Shown here: in pieces, positions 12,401-26,239 of the stretch
Numbering within the stretch: position 1 is the first letter of the stretch
How the letters are laid out: each line of letters opens with the position of its first letter
Assembly: GCF_006345805.1 (NCBI RefSeq)
Contig: NW_021825194.1
Span: 62,001 to 126,000 of the forward strand
DNA from: Octopus sinensis
Lineage: Eukaryota
Direction: 5' to 3'
DNA: 64,000 bases
Translations under genes and position numbers: made by a program
The notes under the pieces: generated by a model
What the model was told of the DNA's origin: nothing
Databases searched by the model: none
Seen by the model: only the letters and a program-made list of their open reading frames with translations

Positions 12401-14400
12401 GTGATTGTAAATTTTTACAAATTTCACTACCAGTGGTCTAGCATGTATAAAAAGTCAATAGACGACATATTATTCAATATAAAAGAGTGTACACGCAAAC
12501 ACAAAGAGAAATTACCTATAACAGGCAATTTCTACACGCTTGGAGACAGTCAATACGACCGAAAACCATAAAAAATTTAAGCACCATTCTAGTGGGGTTT
12601 TCAAATCAAAATAAGTTCCTTTGTGGGGAATTTTAGTCATTTTATAGTTTCGTAGTGGTGGGGAGGAATGTAAGACAGTACAAGAGGGTGAGGTGGATGA
12701 GAAGAAAGTGAGAGAGAGAACATGTGTGTATGTGTATGTGTATGTGTGTGTGTGTGTGTGTATGTGTTTGTATCTGAGGTGAGTGCTAAAGAGAAAGAGG
12801 GGAAGGGAGAGGGAAGAAGAAGGAAATAATTTTTTTGGTCTGCTTGACAGAATATTGACTCCAAGGGGATTCTAAGAATTTCAGCTTTGACCACTTCACA
12901 GTGTCGCTGAGTGTGTGGTGGCGGGGAGGTAGGCCATAATATTGACTCCAAGGGGGTTCAAAGAATTTCAGCTTTGACCACTTCACAGTGTCACTGAGTG
13001 TGTGATGGCGGGGAGGTAGGCCATAAATTATATTTCCTTTTATCATTGTGAGGATGGTCAAATGCCTTTTTGGGTTTTTAAGAATTCTTTCCACTTTGTA
13101 TGATCGTTTTGTGGAGGTGTGTGTGTGTGTCTCTGTGTGTGTCTCTGTGTGTGTTTGGGTGTGTGTGTGTATGTGTGTGTGTGTGTGTGCATGTGCGTGT
13201 GTCTGTGTGTTTGGAGGAGAGAGAGAGACAAAAAAGGAAAAAGAAAAATAAGGGAGGAAGGGGAAAACTATGTTTATATATATATACATAGTTGGCCAAA
13301 AGTTGCCTGACAGTAAATCATATACTATATACATATACATATATATATATATATACATATATGTATGTATATATATGTATGTGTATATATATGTATGTAT
13401 ATATATGTATATATATGTATATATATATATTATGTATGTATGTATATATATATATATAATATATGTGTGTGTGTGTGTGATTGTAAATTTTTACAAATTT
13501 CACTACCAGTGGTCTAGCATGTATAAAAAGTCAATAGACGACATATTATTCAATATAAAAGAGTGTACACGCAAACACAAAGAGAAATTACCTATAACAG
13601 GCAATTTCTACACGCTTGGAGACAGTCAATACGACCGAAAACCATAAAAAATTTAAGCACCATTCTAGTGGGGTTTTCAAATCAAAATAAGTTCCTTTGT
13701 GGGGAATTTTAGTCATTTTATAGTTTCGTAGTGGTGGGGAGGAATGTAAGACAGTACAAGAGGGTGAGGTGGATGAGAAGAAAGTGAGAGAGAGAACATG
13801 TGTGTATGTGTATGTGTATGTGTGTGTGTGTGTGTGTGTATGTGTTGTATCTGAGGTGAGTGCTAAAGAGAAAGAGGGGAAGGGAGAGGGAAGAAGAAGG
13901 AAATAATTTTTTTGGTCTGCTTGACAGAATATTGACTCCAAGGGGATTCTAAGAATTTCAGCTTTGACCACTTCACAGTGTCGCTGAGTGTGTGGTGGCG
14001 GGGAGGTAGGCCATAATATTGACTCCAAGGGGGTTCAAAGAATTTCAGCTTTGACCACTTCACAGTGTCACTGAGTGTGTGATGGCGGGGAGGTAGGCCA
14101 TAAATTATATTTCCTTTTATCATTGTGAGGATGGTCAAATGCCTTTTTGGGTTTTTAAGAATTCTTTCCACTTTGTATGATCGTTTTGTGGAGGTGTGTG
14201 TGTGTGTCTCTGTGTGTGTCTCTGTGTGTGTTTGGGTGTGTGTGTATGTGTGTGTGTGTGTGTGCATGTGCGTGTGTCTGTGTGTTTGGAGGAGAGAGAG
14301 AGACAAAAAAGGAAAAGAAAAATAAGGGAGGAAGGGGAAAACTATGTTTATATATATACATAGTTGGCCAAAAGTTGCCTGACAGTAAATCATATACTAT
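12401..14400. repeat. Near-identical tandem duplication, period ~1076 bp
   Basis: GTGATTGTAAATTTTTACAAATTTCACTACC at 12401 and 13477; each unit has an internal ~85-bp duplication; differences are almost only in microsatellite length. Confidence 0.95.
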
Positions 14401-14759
14401 ATACATATACATATATATATATATACATATATGTATGTATATATATATGTATATATATATGTATGTATATATTGTATATATGTATATATATATATATATG
14501 TATGTATATGTATATATATATATGTATGCATGTATGTATGCATTTATGTATATATGTGTACATATAATAATTATTTGAGGGAATATTAATCCTAACTTAC
14601 AGGGAAAAATTCAATTTAGAAATAATAAATCAAATTTCACACAATATAATACATATATATATAAATAAGAAAAAACCACCAATAGTAATGTTTTGAGTTG
14701 AGGTGTGGTGTTATGTTTTGTTGTTCTTAGTGTTGTTGTGTCCAATTTTGTGTCTAACA

Positions 14760-15760
14760 ATTAGACACAAAAACACTAAGAACAACAAAACATGACACCA
14801 CACATCAACTCAAAACATTACTATTTATATCAACACACAACCCCAGAAACAGTGAGGCATTCAACACTATTGTGCAAACTCTTCCTTTACTAGAGTTCCA
14901 AAAATGAACGACATCCTGAAAACACACAAACTCATCAAATGCAAAAAACAGGACAAATCGCTAAAGAGACTACTAACAAATGCGAAGCTTTACAAAATAT
15001 CCACGAAACCAACGGTTGAAAAATGTGGACGCCCAAACTGTGGAACCTGCCCCAACCTGCTTCAAGGCTCGGATTTCCATTTCAAACAAGGGCAGAGGTT
15101 CACAATTTAAACTAGTTTCACTTGTGCCTCTGAGAACCTAATTTATATAATAACCTGTTCGAGTTGCGGACACAACTATATTGGACAAACGAGTATGCCC
15201 TTGAGAAAGAGAATCACTCTACATAAAGAGAAAATCCGTTTCCCGCAATACAGACAAATTCCTCTCAGTGAACACATAGAAAACTGTGTAGGTAACATCA
15301 AACCAAATTTCACAGTCTTCCCTTTCTACCAGTGCAAAGACGCAATCACTCAACTAGAACTTTTTTCATTGAAAAATACAAAACACGCCTTAATATGCAC
15401 GCATGACCAACTTTTATCTTTTTACATATTCCAATTCACGAATACATCACTGTATATAAATCCCCTACTGTACACATATATAATCCCCACCCATTACCGA
15501 AAGCTGAACAGTTATCTCCCTTACCCACAACAATAACAATAATAGCGACAACCAATTACCTCCCCTTATTTATCTACTTGTGAAGTCATTCACTCGTGAA
15601 TATCATCACACATAACATGGACAAAATTTCTTAAGAAAAAATTTATATTCAAATAAAACATAATATCATGAATAGCGATAGCGAAACCGGTCGATATATT
15701 AAAAATTATATTAAAACTATGTAAGTGTGCGTATTTTCCTTTTTTAATTTCTTAATCTAG
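14760..15760 (+). mobile_element. Penelope-like element, 3' fragment (Cys-rich linker and GIY-YIG)
   Basis: KCGRPNCGTCPNL, then FTCASENLIYIITCSSCGHNYIGQT..LRKRITLH; degenerate minimal hammerhead at 15663-15697. Confidence 0.85.
15663..15697 (+). ncRNA. Degenerate minimal hammerhead motif
   Basis: ATATC-atgaata-GC gata GC-GAAA-CCGG-TC-GATAT; first core box has two mismatches to CTGANGA. Confidence 0.5.
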
Positions 15761-15769
15761 TTAAAGATA

Positions 15770-16381
15770 TATCCTTAAGACTATCAAATTTATCTGCGAA
15801 TGTCGACATTTTTAAACAAAAAGCGGAATTTTATAATACCGCCCTGTCAAAAGCCGGTTATAGGGATAAGGTAACATATTTCGACCCGGCCCATTCTAAA
15901 CTAATATTTGCCTCTCAGGATAAGAAAACTAATAACAATAGAAATAATGTAATTAATGATTTCAACCCTAGCAACGTCGACACTAATATAATTAACGAAA
16001 ATAATGTACGGACCAGGGGAGGTAATCGAAAACCAACACCAATTCTACAACACAGAAATACTCCCTTTAATGTAAATGTTAGCACTCTGAGCTATTCTAA
16101 GAAAAAAAACTATATCTGGTTTGTCATTCCTTTCGGGAAACAAATCAGGTCTAACCTCTCTTTACAATTCCGTGAAGCCGTAGCTAGGAACTTTCCCAGG
16201 AATTCTAGGTATTACTCAACTATCAATTCGCATAAGGTGAGGATTGCATTTTCCAACACTAGAAACCTATCGGAGATAATTGCCTCCCATAATAATAAGC
16301 TGCTAAATAAGGATTCATCACCCAGGAGTAGCGACACTGCCCTTACCAATTCCAACATAACATATAATAATAATAATGATG

Positions 16382-16462
<81 letters not shown>

Positions 16463-17880
16463 TATAAAAGTATTGATATTAGCAACGTCCATAGCAGCAC
16501 TGGCGTTAACAATAGTAATAATGATAATAATATTAGCCGGATTATTAACAGTGGTGGTGTTAGTGGTGATAATAACAGCATTTCCAATAACAGTTGTATT
16601 ATTGATGATAACAGTCCCAGCATTCCTATAGTCAGAGAAATTGCCGACGATATTACAATTAATAGTAATGATAATAAGAGGAATAGTATCGTGGCCAATG
16701 CTAGCAACAATATTTACACCTATCATAATAAAAACTCTGTCTTAGTATCGGATGTTAACCCCAACAGATTAAAGTTCCTATCCAAAAATTCCAAAATTAG
16801 AAACACCATTTACCAGTGCAAAATTTCTTCGGGAACCGATGTCTTCTTCTACATTGGAGCAACTTCTTCTAAATTAGCCCAAAGGATATCCAACCATTAT
16901 TCAACTTTCAGAGATAAGAAAAAACAACACAGCACGGGACTAAGTAAATTAGTTTGGCGTCAGAAGGACGGCAATACAACTTTCAAACTGGAATGGTCCA
17001 TATTGTCGGTGTCCTTCCCGTTTGACAAGGGCAGAAAACATTGTGGCGTCTGTAATTCCGAACTTTTTCATATTTTGTTCGCCAAAGTCCCTTTAATAAA
17101 TACAATCGTCGAGAGGTCCTACAGATGCATGCACTGGCAAAAACACACCTTTCAATCATATGAATAATGATTAATATAGATAGCCCCTTGAATTTTAATT
17201 AATATAACCCTTTTTTATATATTTCACCCCCATAGACAAAAAATTCTTTTTATACTTTCAAAGAACTACTACCCAATCCAGTGAGGTATGTATTACCTTT
17301 GTCCCTATACCTCGCCCTCCTCTTTCTCTCTCTTTCTCTCTATCTTTCCCTCTATCTATAGTAAGCACAATCAAACACACAGACACAAACCGTTCACCTC
17401 ACCACTGTCTGTTTTCTGACACCCACCCATCCACAAACACATTCACGCACACACATACACACGCACACATTAATGCCGTTATATACAGTCACACACAGAG
17501 ACACTCATTCACAAAAGAAAATTCACCATTCATTTGAACTGCACCCTTTCACCTTCCTATTCTTATGCCTCTCTTCTTCTACTTCGTTTGAACCCTTGAA
17601 CCTTTAAAACCTTCTAGAATCCTCTACATCCATCCATTTTCACGTCACTCCTTATAAAGGAATTTTTTAAAGAGACACTCATTATCACTATGGGCTCCGT
17701 GTGAGCAGTCATCTAAAAGTCTTTTGTGCATCTTGATGTTGACATAAGTTCCTTGCTTTTCCTGATGAGAAAGCGGCATAATATACTCCTTATTCCTTCG
17801 CAATTAAGAATATGCAGCCTTCGAAACATATGTCAAAAATAAAGGAATTTTGTTAATTCGTCGTTCAACTCCATTCTTTC
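15770..17880 (+). mobile_element. Penelope-like element, 3' half (RT thumb, poly-Asn linker, GIY-YIG, pLTR)
   Basis: RLSNLS...FYNTALSKAGY; IWFVIPFG; IYQCKI...FFYIGAT...RISNHYSTFR...STGLSKLVW...CGVCNSE...CMHW; hammerhead at 17751-17847. Confidence 0.88.
17751..17847 (+). ncRNA. Type I hammerhead ribozyme
   Basis: CTGATGA (17762)-GAAAGCGGCATA...TATGCAGCCTTC-GAAA-CATATG-TC; stem I imperfect. Confidence 0.78.
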
Positions 17881-17881
17881 A

Positions 17882-17972
<91 letters not shown>

Positions 17973-18202
17973 TATTATATATATATATAATATGTATATA
18001 TATATATATATATTTATATGTATATATAAGATACTAAATATGCATTAAGTGAACACTAAAAGCAATACTTAAATTATTCAATACTTTAAAATTAATTAAT
18101 ATACACAATGCTAGTACAAGTTATTAAAATTGTAATCAAAATAAGAAATGGTTCAAATATAGACAAACTCATTAAATAAGCTAACTATATAATTAATATA
18201 TG

Positions 18203-18611
18203 TACTCTTTTACTCTTTTACTTGTTTCAGTCATTTAACTGCGGCCATGCTGGAGCACCGCCTTTATTCGAGCAAATCGACCCCGGACTTATTCTTTGTA
18301 AGCCCAGTACTTATTCTATAGGTCTCTTTTGCCGAACCGCTAAGTGACGGGGACGTAAACACACCAGCATCGGTTGTCAAGCAATGCTAGGGAGACAAAC
18401 ACAGACACACAAACACACACATACATATACATATATATACATATATACGACAGGCTTCTTTCAGTTTCCGTCTACCAAATCCACTCACAAGGCATTGGTC
18501 GGCCCGGGGCTATAGCAGAAGACACTTGCCCAAGGTGCCACGCAGTGGGACTGAACCTGGAACCATGTGGTTGGTTAGCAAGCTACTTACTACATAGCCA
18601 CTCCTGCGCCT
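18203..18611 (-). mobile_element. Full-length tRNA-derived SINE with CR1-type tail
   Basis: Minus strand GGCGCAGGAGTGGCTATGTAGT (A-box-like), GGTTCAGTCCC (B-box-like), CACCTTGGGCAAGTG, hairpin tail and (GTAAAAGA)n. Confidence 0.88.
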
Positions 18612-18619
18612 ATATGTGT

Positions 18620-18807
18620 AGTATCTATAGATTTAATATATCACTCTATAATATAGTTGACTAAATATCAATTAATATAATACCTAATTATCTTAAAGTT
18701 AATACTACTTATAAATATACCACCTAATAATTAAATAATATATTGTCTAACAAAATTAATTCTCAAATTAAATTAAATGTAATACGTTAGATCTCTTTAT
18801 ATATATA

Positions 18808-18856
<49 letters not shown>

Positions 18857-21527
18857 CTAAATAAACAGATATAAGAATTAATATCTATCGTAACATATAA
18901 AAATGATATAATGGCGAGAATTATTTGCTAATGGAAAGTAAGAAACATTTAAGCCCCATAAATTAAAGAAAGATGCAAGAATATTAGAACCAATGAACAA
19001 TACACTATGAAGATTTTCAATCACAATCACCAGTCCACTACAAATCCAGTCAATAACAATAATAATAATAACAACGATCAAACTCAAAATAATACAAGAT
19101 CCAAATAATATTGATAAACAAACTATGTTACGAAGTTCAACGATTAAATTAATCTATCTGGATTTTAAATGTATAAATATGTTTTAGCGTTTAATTAATA
19201 TATCCAATGCTATTACCAGTCATGAATAATACACTCAAAAATAGGAAAAAGTTCAAATATATACAAATCCATTATATAAACTAATTATATTATTAATATC
19301 TATGTGTAATATCTATAGATTTAATACTTCACACGATATTAAAGTTAAACATAATATTAATATTATTTAAAATAAAAACTAATTTACTTAAATGTAATAC
19401 TACTTAATAAAAATATTACCTAATTATTAAAAAATATATAGCCTAACGAAACTAATTCTCAAATTAAATTATATGGAAAACGTTAAATTGCTACATAAAC
19501 ATTAAGATATCATATCTAATATCGAACTTGAAAAATAACTATCAAGAAACTATAAATGAATAATAATATTACAACAACAATAATAATAACAACAAAAATA
19601 ACAATAATTTCAAATCCAAAAAGATTCCAAATTCAAATGAAATAGATAAACGATAAAATGAAACTTATCTTGGCGAAGGAAACTAGTAACTGAATTTTAA
19701 ACGTAAGATAGTTAAAGCGTTTATAAAATTTAGCGCGTGAAGACTTAGTGCAAAGAAATAGAATAAATACTCAATGAAAATGGCAAATTTTTTTATCAAT
19801 GAAAAATACGAAAAAATATTTAAGCCTCATGAACTAAAGAAATGTGATAAAAAACACAACTTATGGAGAAACTACCATGAAGACACCCAACTACAACTAA
19901 CCGACCCCTATTAATAAATCGATAACAATATTAACAACAGCTAAATATTAATCCCAAAACAATACCAAATCCAAACGAAATGGAGAAAAGAACGTTGCTT
20001 AGTTAGCTGAGAAAGTATCACTAGATTATAAACGGAAAGAATAGTTCTTAGCGTTTATAAGAAATAAAAGGCGTGGAGACGATGCGTAGAAAAATAGAAT
20101 AAAATTATTAATGAAAAAGACTAAAAAGAATTTATTAATGAAAAAAACGGGAATTATTTAAGCTTCATGAATCAAAGAAAATTAATAAAAATAGTAAAAA
20201 TAGTATAAGTATTACTTGTTCATCAAAACTACCTGGACCCTACATCAAGCCGTACGCGATTATTATTATCATTATTATTATTACTATTATCATTATAAAT
20301 ATCATTATTATTACCATCACTACCACTAACCCAAACCACAACAAACCGCCAACGATCGCTAAATTAATTCACAGCCTACATTCAACCCTTCCAATATTCT
20401 CCAACACATGAAGCCCAAACTCATCTCAAACTCACCATCAACAAATATTATTCGTCATTTTGTTTAAAATATTAATATAACATATAATAATATAGTAAAA
20501 TATACTCTAATACTATTAAATAATATCTACAATAAATAAATAAACCACATAAGACGAAATAAGGTTTAATAATACTAAAGATAAGTTAAATGTAATATGT
20601 AGGTACATAAAATTAATATAGCATTTAATTTAAATGACTATTTACTTTAAATTTAAAGTCTAAATAATAAGTAATTCAATCAACTACATATATATTATGT
20701 TGAAATTAATTTATATTACTATAATAAATTTTTACTTAAAAATAATATAATTATTTATTCATTAGCTAAATCTATTATAAAGGTACTTTAATTTATGTTT
20801 ACATTTAACTTTACGTTCCTCCAAAGAGTTAAACAACGCATAATTGTTATGAAATAATATTTCCTTAAATTCGATATTACAAAGAGAACAATTATTTTTC
20901 CCTATAGTATACGATTTAGCCTTACAAATAATATCCCAATTTAATTTATATTTAATAGATCTAGATTTAAGGTCTCAGATATATTTACTGAGACCTGTTG
21001 AATTTATAAGATTTTTATTCCCAAAAGAATACATATGTTGAGAAATTCTAGTTTTAATTTTATTCAAAGTATTTATATAAGTAGTATTTAAATTACGATA
21101 ATTCAAATTCTTATCATCTATTATAGTTACCATACACCTATAGACTACATTATCTAAATTACAATAATTAGTAAATTTAAATGTAGACTTGTTCCTACAT
21201 GTACAATAAATTAACTATTGTTCTTTATTATTATTATTTGAATCGATATATAATCTATCTTTATAAAATTTCTTTAATTTAAAAATATTACATGAAGAAA
21301 TAATATTACCAACATTATTAGTAGTTGAATAACCAACTCCAAAATTATCTTTAGAAAAAAATATTAAAATATTTTTTATTATCCCTAATAAATACTTCAA
21401 TTATATTTAAAATCTCTTTAATAAGATTTGTTTTAACCTGAGCCCCAAAAGGAATGATTAACCAAATTTTATTTTAATTTTTATTGATAATTATGTTTTA
21501 TATTATGATTATAATTATAATTATAAC

Positions 21528-21600
<73 letters not shown>

Positions 21601-23460
21601 CATTATTATTATAACTATCATTATTATTACTATAATTATTTGTAATATTATTAAATTTATTATCTTCATTAAGTGAATTGAATTTTATATTATTTTTATT
21701 TTTATTATTATTACTATTCTTTTTATTTTTATTCTAATATTAAATTTATGATTTACATCATCAAAATTCCTATTATTATTAAGACGATAAGTACCTAAAT
21801 AAAATTTATCATAATTCAGATAATTAGGTTCATTATAAAAACCATTAAAACTATTACCTTTTAAATTATAATTATGTTTCCTAATATTAAAGAATTTAAT
21901 ATTATTGTATCCTGCCTCATCCAAGGCTTTATTATAATAAGGTGCATGTTTATTAAAAGTCTCTAAATCATAAGAAAGTGATGATATTCTTTTACCTACA
22001 TTGTTTATGAACGATTTTTTAATAGAAGGTGGATGATTAGTATAAGCATTAATATATCTGAGATTTTCATTAATTTTATGGAATGGTTGGGTTTTACCCG
22101 TTATTAAATTAAAATTAACATCTAAATAATTAACATTATAGTTCTCATTATAAATAGTAATACTTAAACCATTTCTTTTAAAGAAATTATAGAGTTTCTT
22201 TTTATATAATTCTAATTTTCTATTAGTACAATCCCTAGTAAGTAATAAAAGGTCATCCCTATATAAACCACCCTCCAAATTTAAATTTTCTAATTGAAGT
22301 TCTGATAATAAATAAATACCTACTAAATCAGTAGCCTGAGCAGAATCTGGTGCCCCCATAGATATATCAAAAAAGTTTCTAGTATCCTTCCTAACCCATA
22401 ATGTATTATTATATCTAATTAACGATTTCCTAGCCAATTTAATAACATTAACTTCATCTATAGTCATTCCTACCTTATTCATTGCAAATATAAGGGCTTT
22501 ATTAAGTACGATCTCATTAATAGAAGAATAATAATTATCTATTTCAATTTGAATGAATTTATATTTATTTTTATCATTAGCATTATAAAACCATTTTAAA
22601 GTATCATTAGTACAGTTCCAAAGTTTAAGGTAATTAAATTCATTTAACCTATTAATGTATTTATCCAGAATAATTTTACTTAATTTACCTAAATCAGATT
22701 TACATGGACAAATTAATCTAACCTTAGGGTCAGAGTAAAAGTTTTCTTTATGGTCTTTCAAAGATATTCTAGGGTGCATAGGTACATAAGTTTCAGTTTT
22801 ATTATCCAAATTATATTTCATCATTATTAATTTAGAGGCTTTATTTATATTATAGAGAGTATTTTCTGGAACAATTTTATATTTGTTATTTATTTCTTTT
22901 TTTAATAGGAAATCATATAATTTAATATCTATTTTGTAGAGGTTCTTGGTTTTATCTGATTTTACTATGATACCTTCCATATTTCACATTTAAAAAATTT
23001 TAATAGCTAAATTTCTTAAATATTCGTTATGTCTATTTGGGTATTTATGAAATTTAATATTTTTCATTACCTTCCAAATATCATCCTCTAAAATCTGTAT
23101 TTCTCTATTATTTGGGGGTTCCTTCCTAGATTTAAATTTGGAATTAATGTAATTATTAGTATCTACATCATTAATGTTGTTATTATTAAAATAGTAGGCT
23201 TTCCATTTAATTCTATTAATAAAATCTTTACTATTATTAATAAGTTTTAAAATATATTCCTTTCTAGATGGTATAGGAGTATCCTTCAAAGATGAATTCC
23301 AAAAGAGTGGTTCTATTTTACCTGTAAGTTCCATAACCGACGATAATGAGAGTAATTTCTCAGAAACGTTAGTTATAAATATAATAATAATAATTATTTG
23401 AGGGAATATTAATCCTAACTTACAGGGAAAAAATTCAATTTAGAAATACTAAATCAAATT
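18620..23460 (-). mobile_element. Near full-length degenerate Penelope-like element (Naiad-like)
   Basis: N-terminus SLKDTPIPSRKEY; RT motifs KSDKTKN, RLICPCKSDLGK, MGAPDSA, GLYRDDLL, YLDVNF, NHPPS; GIY-YIG remains at 20820-21210; paralog of the 57.6-63.4 kb element; left boundary approximate. Confidence 0.88.
21685..23334 (-). pseudogene. Penelope-type reverse transcriptase (frameshifted)
   Basis: ORFs 22990-23334 and 21685-22980 with YRDD catalytic motif. Confidence 0.9.
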
Positions 23461-23461
23461 A

Positions 23462-23557
<96 letters not shown>

Positions 23558-24800
23558 GCATGTGCGTGTATGTAGATAGATAGATAGGCAATTGGTATTC
23601 AGGGGCTTAAAGCTTGTACATGACAGCAAACTAACTTAAAAATCGTGAATTCAATGTTTGTATGGTGGGGGTTTAATATTTTTATTATCTTCAATCAATA
23701 GATTTCAGACGCTGTCCGTTAAGTAAAGGGAGGGGGAAAGGGAAATATAGTATCTCTTCTCTTAAGTCATCATCTTCGTCGCAGATGCCTGTATCAATTA
23801 GTTTCATCTCCTATACTCATTCCTGGCAGTTACATAGACACATGAGACACAGCTAATCTCTTTACCCCAACCCCACTATCTGTCAAGCTCTCACCGTCTC
23901 TGTACTGACCACGAAATCTTCGCAGCAACTCATTGCACATTTACGTATAATGCAACAAGCCCCACACCTAATGCACTCTATGGTCCTTCAAGTCATCTGA
24001 CTTGCCGATGTTCCTCTTGTTTTATAATTATCCCTGACAAAATATGCGTTTAACCCCTGGCTTGGAATCTGATTGAATCCATCATCTTTGGTATATCCTT
24101 CTGCATACCAAAACTCACAACATCTAAGTCACCTAAGTGATTCACACATAGCTGTGGGTAAAGCGAAGAACATTGTCAATACAGCCTGGGGAAAATCATA
24201 AAAATTGGACGGCTTTTACGAATTTGTGAAATCCAAGATCATCGTTTGAACCGCGAAAATTACCTCTGTGAATCGAATTGCGCCGATCCTATTATGTCTC
24301 CCAACTTTGCTCTATCCTATTTTTTTCCACTTCACAGCAACGAAGACTAGTACTACTTTGGAAAACAACTTCACATTTGCTGCTCACTTTGTTATTCTAC
24401 ACTGCATACACTAGTTAAAACTCTTCCATCACGACCTCTTCCACTCGACCAGGCTCATCACTACAAATACTTTTAGTGAAAAAACACTTCCGGTCGCTTC
24501 TATCCAAATAAGATCACTATTCCCGACAATGTCATTTCCATTTTTCTCAGAGAAAGCGGCCAAGAGGAAACCTGTATATCATCAAACTCCTCAATCGATC
24601 TCTCCTATGTCTGTCTATCTGCCGGTCGATTTCTCTGTCTCTCTCTCTCTGTCTATCTCTCCCTTTCGCTCTCCAAGGATATTTACTAACTTTTGGAAAC
24701 ACGCTACAGTTTCTCATTCTCAAGTTGGTGAACCCCTCTGACCCCAGAAATTTTCATCGTATCACTCACATACACGCTTACACACACTCATCCTTCCCCC

Positions 24801-24833
<33 letters not shown>

Positions 24834-24849
24834 GTACACCTTTCTACTC

Positions 24850-25237
24850 TAGGCAGAAGGCCCGAAACTTTGGGGGAGGGGGCCAGTCGATTAGATCGAT
24901 CCCAGTACGCAACCGGTAATTAATTTATCGACCGCGAAAGGATGAAAGGCAAAGTCGAACTCGGCGGAATTTGAACATAGAATGTAAAGGCAGACGAAAT
25001 ACCTATTTCTTTACTACTCACAAGGGGCTAAACACAGAGAGGACAAACAAGGACAGACAAATGGATTAAGTTGATTTTATCGACCCCAGTGAGTAACTGG
25101 TACTCAATTTATCGACCCCGAAAGGATGAAAGGCAAAGTCGACCTCGGCGGAATTTGAACTCAGAACGTAACGGCAGACGAAATATCACTAAGCATTTTG
25201 CCCGGCGTGCTAACGTTTCATTCAGCTCGCCGCCTTT
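24850..25237 (-). mobile_element. tRNA-derived SINE (Meta/MESC-like core), partly dimeric
   Basis: Minus strand GGCGGCGAGCTG..., B-box GAGTTCAAATT, two copies of the core GTCGACTTTGCCTTTCATCCTTTCGGGGTCGATAAA. Confidence 0.85.
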
Positions 25238-25899
25238 ACCATATGAAAATATTGGAAGACAACTCTATTGGTCAGTTCAGGTCACGTTGATAGCCTGATC
25301 AAAGAGTGATATACTACTGTGTGGTAGTGTAGACACTAGTGATTGTATGAAGCTGCTTCATATGGCGAGGTAGCTTGTCTTGTTGCCTGTCATAAATGCG
25401 TAGATTTAGCTGATTGCTGACCGATCAGGGTGATGATGCGCAGAATAGAAATAATCTCGTTCAGAGTCAGGGCCAAGTTGGTCTTTCCAGAGAATCAGTG
25501 GCCAATCACTTGACTTCATCAAAAGAACGTGCAATAACCAGGTGGTAAGATTTCTAAAGTTACAAGTTGGGATATAAATGTGTTTGTTTCTTTTGTAGTG
25601 TATGATGCACGGTTAGCATTTGATGTTATGGACATTAAAAGTTTATGATACTTATGAGTATTTGGAAAATGTCTAATAAAGAATTAGAAGCCCCTAGTTG
25701 TATTAGCAAATATTCTAGAATTTAGAGAGGTTCGAACCATTTTCTAGCTCTGTTCAGGTTTGAGGTTGGGATGGAATGACTAACTTAGAAATAAAACCAT
25801 TCCTTGCTAATACTTCAATACAATAATGAACAATCAATAAATTAATGATTTTTCTGCAGATAACTTTTAGGCTTCTAATTACAGGTAGGGTGGTGAGGA

Positions 25900-26075
25900 T
25901 GTCTCCTAAAGAAAACATATCACTCGTTTTTATAGGATAATATTTATCTGACTCAAGATCTAATGTGCAACCCAGGAAGTTGACAATGTCTAAGTTAGTG
26001 GTAATAGTAAGAGTTATACTTTCGGCAAATTCTTTTAATTGCTTATTATAAGATTCAACAAGAAATGATCCATGC
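25900..26075 (-). pseudogene. Penelope RT fragment
   Basis: LTITTNLDIVNFLGCTLDLESDKYYP resembles RT motifs 6-7 of the neighbouring Penelope elements. Confidence 0.6.
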
Positions 26076-26087
26076 ATATATATATAT

Positions 26088-26131
<44 letters not shown>

Positions 26132-26138
26132 ATATATA

Positions 26139-26170
<32 letters not shown>

Positions 26171-26239
26171 GGTGTGTGTGTGTGTTGTGTGTGTGTGTGT
26201 GTGTGCGTGTGTGTGTATTATTATTATTATTATTATTTT

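Noticed and set aside
23700-24800. Possible host exon or decayed LINE
   Set aside because: No recognisable motifs or sustained ORF
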